Assembly (NCBI GenBank): GCA_019114745.1
Contig: DXEY01000155.1
Coordinates: forward strand, 1-61,607
DNA length: 61,607 nucleotides
Direction: 5' to 3'
Origin: Candidatus Mediterraneibacter colneyensis
Lineage (GTDB): Bacteria; Bacillota; Clostridia; Lachnospirales; Lachnospiraceae
The notes beneath the pieces are model-generated. The model saw only the letters and a program-made list of their open reading frames with translations, made no database searches and was not told the origin of the DNA. Positions within the stretch are counted from its first letter, which is position 1. The number at the start of each line of letters is the position of its first letter. A program made the position numbers and the translations under genes. Of this stretch, positions 57,141-61,607 are shown piece by piece.

Positions 57141-59124
57141 CTGGTTCCGGGAGGCGGGAAGAGGACATCTTATCGCAGCCGCCGGATGGGGAGTGTTCCT
57201 GGCCTACGGCGCCCTCGCAGTAAGCCGTGTCAGCTTTGATCCGGATTATGCGGCTTTTGGCATCGGAGGTCCGGCAATGGAACTGCGATGGATCTGTATG
57301 GCTCTGGGGCTTATGACGGCTTTCCTGGAATTTTCCTATCTGTTTTCCCGGAAGAAGCAGGACTTTTACTACAGTCTTCCGTCGGGAAGAAACGTCATTT
57401 TCTGGAGCAGGTATGTGCACGGTATCGTCCATACTATTGTTCCCCTGACGATTGTCCTGGCTGTATGCGGGATCTGCCAGGCGGCAATTGATTCCAGATT
57501 TGCTCCATACGCGGGCGGATACACAGGGAAGAGTATACTGGTTTATGGCCTGTCACTGCTGCTGTTTTATCATATCGGGGTTCTGTGCGCCGTAGTCTGC
57601 GGACATGTGGTATCTGCCCTGCTGACATGCGCGGGACTGATCGTGTATGGCGCTGTAGCGGCGGGACAGGTCTGCGAGACATTGTCAGAGAGTTATTTTA
57701 CATCTTATTACAGAAACCCGCTTCTGGAACAGGCGGAGATCTGGCTGTCCCCGGAACGTCTTACCTGTGACCTGACGGGAATGGATCTCTTTGATAAACC
57801 GTCTCTTCTGAGTTACACGCCTTCAGTCTCTTCTGTGGCCGCGGCAGTTCTGTGGATCGCACTGCTCCTTCTCCTGTCTGCCGCAGCGTGGAGGTACCGG
57901 AAAGTGGAAAAGACAGGGAATATGTTTACGCTTGCGGCCGGGGAAAGGGCTGTGGAGATCCTGGCCGGATTTCTGGCAGGGTTCTGGATGTTCGGCTTTG
58001 TGACGGATCTGTCCGATCCCCGGACAATGGGAGCCGGGACTGCGGCAGCGGTATCGGCAGCCTGTTCCGCAGCCGCGGTTCTGGCAGTACACTCCCTGCT
58101 GGAGTATATTGTGAATGACCAGCGGAAAAAGATGTTTCGGAGAAAATGGCAGATGATCCTGACCGGGCTGGCAGTTGTGGCGGCAGGGGCAGCATTTGCC
58201 GCAGGAGCGCCGGCATACGATGCTTATTTCCCTGAAAATGCCGCAGGCGTGGGAATCAGCATCGACGGCCTGGACATGAGTTACGCCCGGTACGCGGACA
58301 TCAGGAGCGGGGATCAATACAGTACAGAACAGCAGATGGAGCAATACTTCCTGGAGGGAGAAGGGCGCACGGCTGCGCTCGGATGGCTTCGGGAGATTGT
58401 AAACAGCGGCTGCGTGGGAACGGGAGACAAGGCATATACGGATATGACGGTCTGTTATCATATGCCGGACGGCAGCAGACACTACAGATCCTATCCATTG
58501 AGCAGAGAAGAAGTGGATATGTTCGCCGCAGTGTACGAGACAGATGAGTATAAGAGAGCGGCTTATCCCGGGCTGTTGAAGGAAGATGCCGGAAAAGACA
58601 GGTTTACATGGGAAAACGGGGTGACAGGCACGGCGCTTCAGATCACGGAAAGCCAGAAAGAAGAACTTCTGGATGCTTACCGGGAAGATGTGGCATGCCT
58701 TCAGATGGAACAGCTCAGGGATACGCTTCCATACGGATATGTCAGGATCAAGTCTGCCACAGACGGAGCCATTACAGATCTGTATGTTTATCCGTTCTTT
58801 GAGAAAACATACGGCTGTCTGGTGAAGTATGGGATCGATGTGGAAAAGGGACTGGCAGATTATACCATAGAATCAGTAGAAATGATGCGGGAGTATGATG
58901 TTTCAGGGGAAGGAAGGGCGGTTTCAGGTGGAAATTATATGTCGTTCTATGAAGGTGAGGATGAGATCAGCGCCGTCAGGCAGTTCCTCGTGCCGGATGA
59001 ACTGGACATCCAGCCGCTTCTGTGCCCCCTTGACCATTCCGCAGACGTTGACGCTGCCGTAAAGGATGAGGAGACGAGTTCGGTGGTGCATGTAAACTGC
59101 GCCCAGATTTACCGGCAGCAGTGA
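57115..59124 (+). CDS. Multi-TM ABC exporter permease (DUF6449-like; paralog of 34980-37109)
   Basis: DFYYSLP motif, many TM helices, LLDAYREDV and YVYP in the C-terminal domain. Confidence 0.72.
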   Translation: MISAKCFLNWFREAGRGHLIAAAGWGVFLAYGALAVSRVSFDPDYAAFGIGGPAMELRWICMALGLMTAFLEFSYLFSRKKQDFYYSLPSGRNVIFWSRYVHGIVHTIVPLTIVLAVCGICQAAIDSRFAPYAGGYTGKSILVYGLSLLLFYHIGVLCAVVCGHVVSALLTCAGLIVYGAVAAGQVCETLSESYFTSYYRNPLLEQAEIWLSPERLTCDLTGMDLFDKPSLLSYTPSVSSVAAAVLWIALLLLLSAAAWRYRKVEKTGNMFTLAAGERAVEILAGFLAGFWMFGFVTDLSDPRTMGAGTAAAVSAACSAAAVLAVHSLLEYIVNDQRKKMFRRKWQMILTGLAVVAAGAAFAAGAPAYDAYFPENAAGVGISIDGLDMSYARYADIRSGDQYSTEQQMEQYFLEGEGRTAALGWLREIVNSGCVGTGDKAYTDMTVCYHMPDGSRHYRSYPLSREEVDMFAAVYETDEYKRAAYPGLLKEDAGKDRFTWENGVTGTALQITESQKEELLDAYREDVACLQMEQLRDTLPYGYVRIKSATDGAITDLYVYPFFEKTYGCLVKYGIDVEKGLADYTIESVEMMREYDVSGEGRAVSGGNYMSFYEGEDEISAVRQFLVPDELDIQPLLCPLDHSADVDAAVKDEETSSVVHVNCAQIYRQQ

Positions 59125-59191
59125 CAGGATTCTTCCTTTTTTGCAGATCCGCAGTGATATACTGGGGGCAATGCGAAAAAGGAGGAAGAAA

Positions 59192-59917
59192 ATGGCAGAG
59201 AAAACAGTAAGAAAACTATCAAAGAAACAGCGGGTTATCCTGATCGCGGCAGCCGCTGCCGCTCTTCTTGCGGGTGCGGCTGCAGGAGGGTGGCTCTATA
59301 TCAACCGGTTTGACGCGGGAGAGTATGTGCAGGCAGTGCTGGATACCTCGTATAAAAATGAAACAGATCAGTATGTTGAAATTACAGGAGTCCCGAAAGA
59401 GGAAGCGGAAAAGATCTTTGAGAATAATCTGGACGCGACAATGGCGGGATTTGAGGATTCAGAGATGCCGGAAGAACTGCGGCCCAGGTACCGGGAACTG
59501 TTCGGCGAGATTGCGGGAAAGGTGAATTATACAGTGGGAGAGCCGAAGCGGAAAGAGGACGGGAGCTATACCGTCGCTGTGACGATCAAACCGATCACGC
59601 TGTTCCCCGATACATATGAACTTTTCCAGACAAGGGCGGAGGAATATGCGTCTCAGGTGACGGACAGTGTGATGAACGGGGCGGAGATGCCCTTAGATGC
59701 CGAGATGCAGAGCCGGATCTACCAGATCTATTACGAAGTTCTCAAAGAGAGGGTAGATTCCGGCATGCTCTATGGAGGCGCCAGAGAGGTGACGCTCCAT
59801 GTGACAAAGGAGGGCAGCCGGGAATTTACGATCGCCCGGGAGGATATGGATGAACTGGACTCCGCGCTGATCGAGGATGCCGAAGCCCGGGAAGACGAAG
59901 TCCGGGAAGAAGAGTGA
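59192..59917 (+). CDS. Hypothetical membrane-anchored exported acidic protein
   Basis: Basic N-terminus plus Ala-rich TM helix, AGGAGG RBS; no recognised catalytic motif. Confidence 0.7.
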   Translation: MAEKTVRKLSKKQRVILIAAAAAALLAGAAAGGWLYINRFDAGEYVQAVLDTSYKNETDQYVEITGVPKEEAEKIFENNLDATMAGFEDSEMPEELRPRYRELFGEIAGKVNYTVGEPKRKEDGSYTVAVTIKPITLFPDTYELFQTRAEEYASQVTDSVMNGAEMPLDAEMQSRIYQIYYEVLKERVDSGMLYGGAREVTLHVTKEGSREFTIAREDMDELDSALIEDAEAREDEVREEE

Positions 59918-59921
59918 ATGT

Positions 59922-60473
59922 TCAGAATGCCTTCATCTCATTGAGCGGCCAGTATTTGAAGAATGCTTTGCCCAGGATTTCATCCTTTGTTACAAAAGTG
60001 TTCTCCCAGTACCGGGAATCTTTTGAATTGTTGCGGTTATCGCCCATAACAAAATAGCAGTCTTCCGGGACAGTATATGGTCCGAAGGAGCCCTCCATGG
60101 GCTCCTTTATGTTTACATCCTGAAGGGGCTCGTCAGATCCGTTTATATAGATGCTGCCGTCACGGATTTCCACTGTTTCTCCGGGAAGCCCGATCACTCG
60201 CTTGATAAAGAGCTGGCTCTCATCGTCCGGATAGCGGAAAATGATAATGTCGAAACGCTCCGGATCAGAGTTGAGATAGGCAAGCCGGTTTCCGAGGATG
60301 CGGTCACCGGGCTTGATGGTGTTTTCCATGGAGCCGGAGGGAATCTCTGCGTTTACGATGATGAAGTTGCTGATAAAAACAGCGGTCAGTATCCCGGCTG
60401 CAATGGCGGCAATCCACAGGAGTAATTCCTTTATAAAAGAGCTCTTTTTGTTCTCGTTATCTTGTCGTGACAT
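59922..60473 (-). CDS. lepB: Signal peptidase I
   Basis: IPSGSMENTI, FIKRVIGLPG, MGDNRNNSKDSR. Confidence 0.94.
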   Translation of the reverse strand: MSRQDNENKKSSFIKELLLWIAAIAAGILTAVFISNFIIVNAEIPSGSMENTIKPGDRILGNRLAYLNSDPERFDIIIFRYPDDESQLFIKRVIGLPGETVEIRDGSIYINGSDEPLQDVNIKEPMEGSFGPYTVPEDCYFVMGDNRNNSKDSRYWENTFVTKDEILGKAFFKYWPLNEMKAF

Positions 60474-60556
60474 GATATACCCTTCTTTCTGCCAATGGTC
60501 TGGAATGATTATAACAGATAATCGGGATTATGGAAACCGTGCTTTGGACTGATGAA

Positions 60557-60616
60557 ATATCCAAAATATAATAAAGCAAATGGATTGCGGTTGATTTGCG
60601 GATATATTTTGGATAT
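60557..60616. repeat. Perfect 14-bp inverted repeat overlapping a promoter
   Basis: ATATCCAAAATATA (60557-60570) / TATATTTTGGATAT (60603-60616); TTGATT (60591-60596)-17 bp-TATAAT (60614-60619). Confidence 0.8.
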
Positions 60617-60708
60617 AATGAGAACAGATAAAGTGATGGAACAGTACATACCACGGATACGGGACGGAATTTCCTGGTATGGATGGCAGGAGAAAAGAGG
60701 TGTGTATC

Positions 60709-61485
60709 ATGACGGTAAAAGAAATGCAGGAGAGAAAGAAAGAACTGGGATTTTCCTATGCTCAGATCTCGGAGCTTTCAGGGGTCCCGCTGGGAACTGT
60801 CCAGAAAGTGCTCGGCGGTATTACTCTGACCCCGCGCTATGATACGCTTATGGCGCTGGAACGGGTGCTCGGGGAGCGGGAGACCGCTGCTGTGCGTGAG
60901 ACTGCCGCGGCGTATGCGGTGAAAAAGCAGGGCGGGTATACCCTGGATGATTATTATCGTTTTCCCGAAGACGTCAGGGTGGAACTGATCGACGGAGTGA
61001 TCTATGATATGACGGCTCCGGCTTCTGTACATCAGATCATAGGGGGGTATATCTACAGCAGGCTGCTCCAGTATGTCCTTGACAGAGGAGGCGCCTGCCT
61101 GCCCATGATCGCTCCTGTGGATGTACAGCTCGACTGCGACGATAAGACGATGGTAGAGCCGGATGTGGTCGTTGTGTGCGACCGGGATAAGATCATCGAC
61201 CGCTGTATATACGGAGCTCCCGATTTTATCATCGAGGTACTCGCGAAATCGACCAGAAAAAAGGATTCGGTCATAAAACTGAACAAATATCTGAACGCAG
61301 GGGTGCGGGAGTACTGGATGATCGACCCGGAGAAAAAGAAAGTCATCGTGTATGACTTTGAACACGATGAATATCCGGTGGTCTATGGATTTGATGCGAA
61401 AGTTCCCGTCGGAATATGGGACGGGGCCATGGAGATTGATTTTGCCGAAGTATACGAACATGCAAGGTTCCTGTATGAGCGGTGA
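60709..61485 (+). CDS. XRE-HTH / Uma2-family (PD-(D/E)XK) endonuclease fusion
   Basis: N-terminal SYAQISELSGVPLGTVQKV HTH; ELIDG, PDVVVV, APDFIIEV, YLNAGVREYW. Confidence 0.85.
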   Translation: MTVKEMQERKKELGFSYAQISELSGVPLGTVQKVLGGITLTPRYDTLMALERVLGERETAAVRETAAAYAVKKQGGYTLDDYYRFPEDVRVELIDGVIYDMTAPASVHQIIGGYIYSRLLQYVLDRGGACLPMIAPVDVQLDCDDKTMVEPDVVVVCDRDKIIDRCIYGAPDFIIEVLAKSTRKKDSVIKLNKYLNAGVREYWMIDPEKKKVIVYDFEHDEYPVVYGFDAKVPVGIWDGAMEIDFAEVYEHARFLYER

Positions 61486-61607
61486 CCCGGAAGAATATAC
61501 ACTGCACCTGCCCGGACGTATACCGTCATCTGTTGTCCTGTGACGTCTGTAAACACCGCCGTACACAGAATATTCACTTATATAAAAGAAGTATAAACAA
61601 TTCTAAA

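Noticed and set aside
60552-60842. 96-aa ORF as an antitoxin partner of the Uma2 protein
   Set aside because: Overlaps the promoter and the HTH-Uma2 gene out of frame; no clear RBS or motif
1-61607. CRISPR array, tRNA/rRNA, IS, integrase or prophage
   Set aside because: No regularly spaced repeats, structural RNA signatures or mobility motifs seen; intergenic gaps are short

Overview
Core-genome window from an anaerobic, probably spore-forming Firmicute (Clostridia; the gene repertoire suggests a Lachnospiraceae-like gut bacterium, which is an inference). In order it holds: a cobalamin/tetrapyrrole cluster split in two (cbiB-cobD-cbiP-hemC-cobA/hemD, then a double-domain cobU, cbiC and a precorrin-2 dehydrogenase directly behind an Opp-type ABC importer); glgB, mazG and ybaK; putP and a Ktr/Trk K+ operon carrying a truncated KdpD/KdpE pair; a hydrogen block with a tetrameric HydABCD/Hnd-type [FeFe]-hydrogenase with a Rex box, a divergent DRTGG/RsbT-like kinase/group-D hydrogenase/DRTGG/PHP operon, and a PAS-containing sensory hydrogenase plus SpoIIE-type phosphatase; a YtrA-type GntR-ABC operon with a matching operator; a folate operon with an HD protein; pdaA; a stand-alone pair of divergent microcompartment shell genes; a D-lactate dehydrogenase; a T-box-controlled trpEGDCFBA operon; a second ABC exporter pair; lepB; and an HTH-Uma2 gene. 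I saw no rRNA, tRNA, CRISPR array, integrase or transposase. The best leads are the STAS-less partner-switching H2-signalling module, the orphan BMC pair with a pore-position Cys, and the Opp importer joined to cobU. All product calls come from motif recognition by eye, with no database searches.
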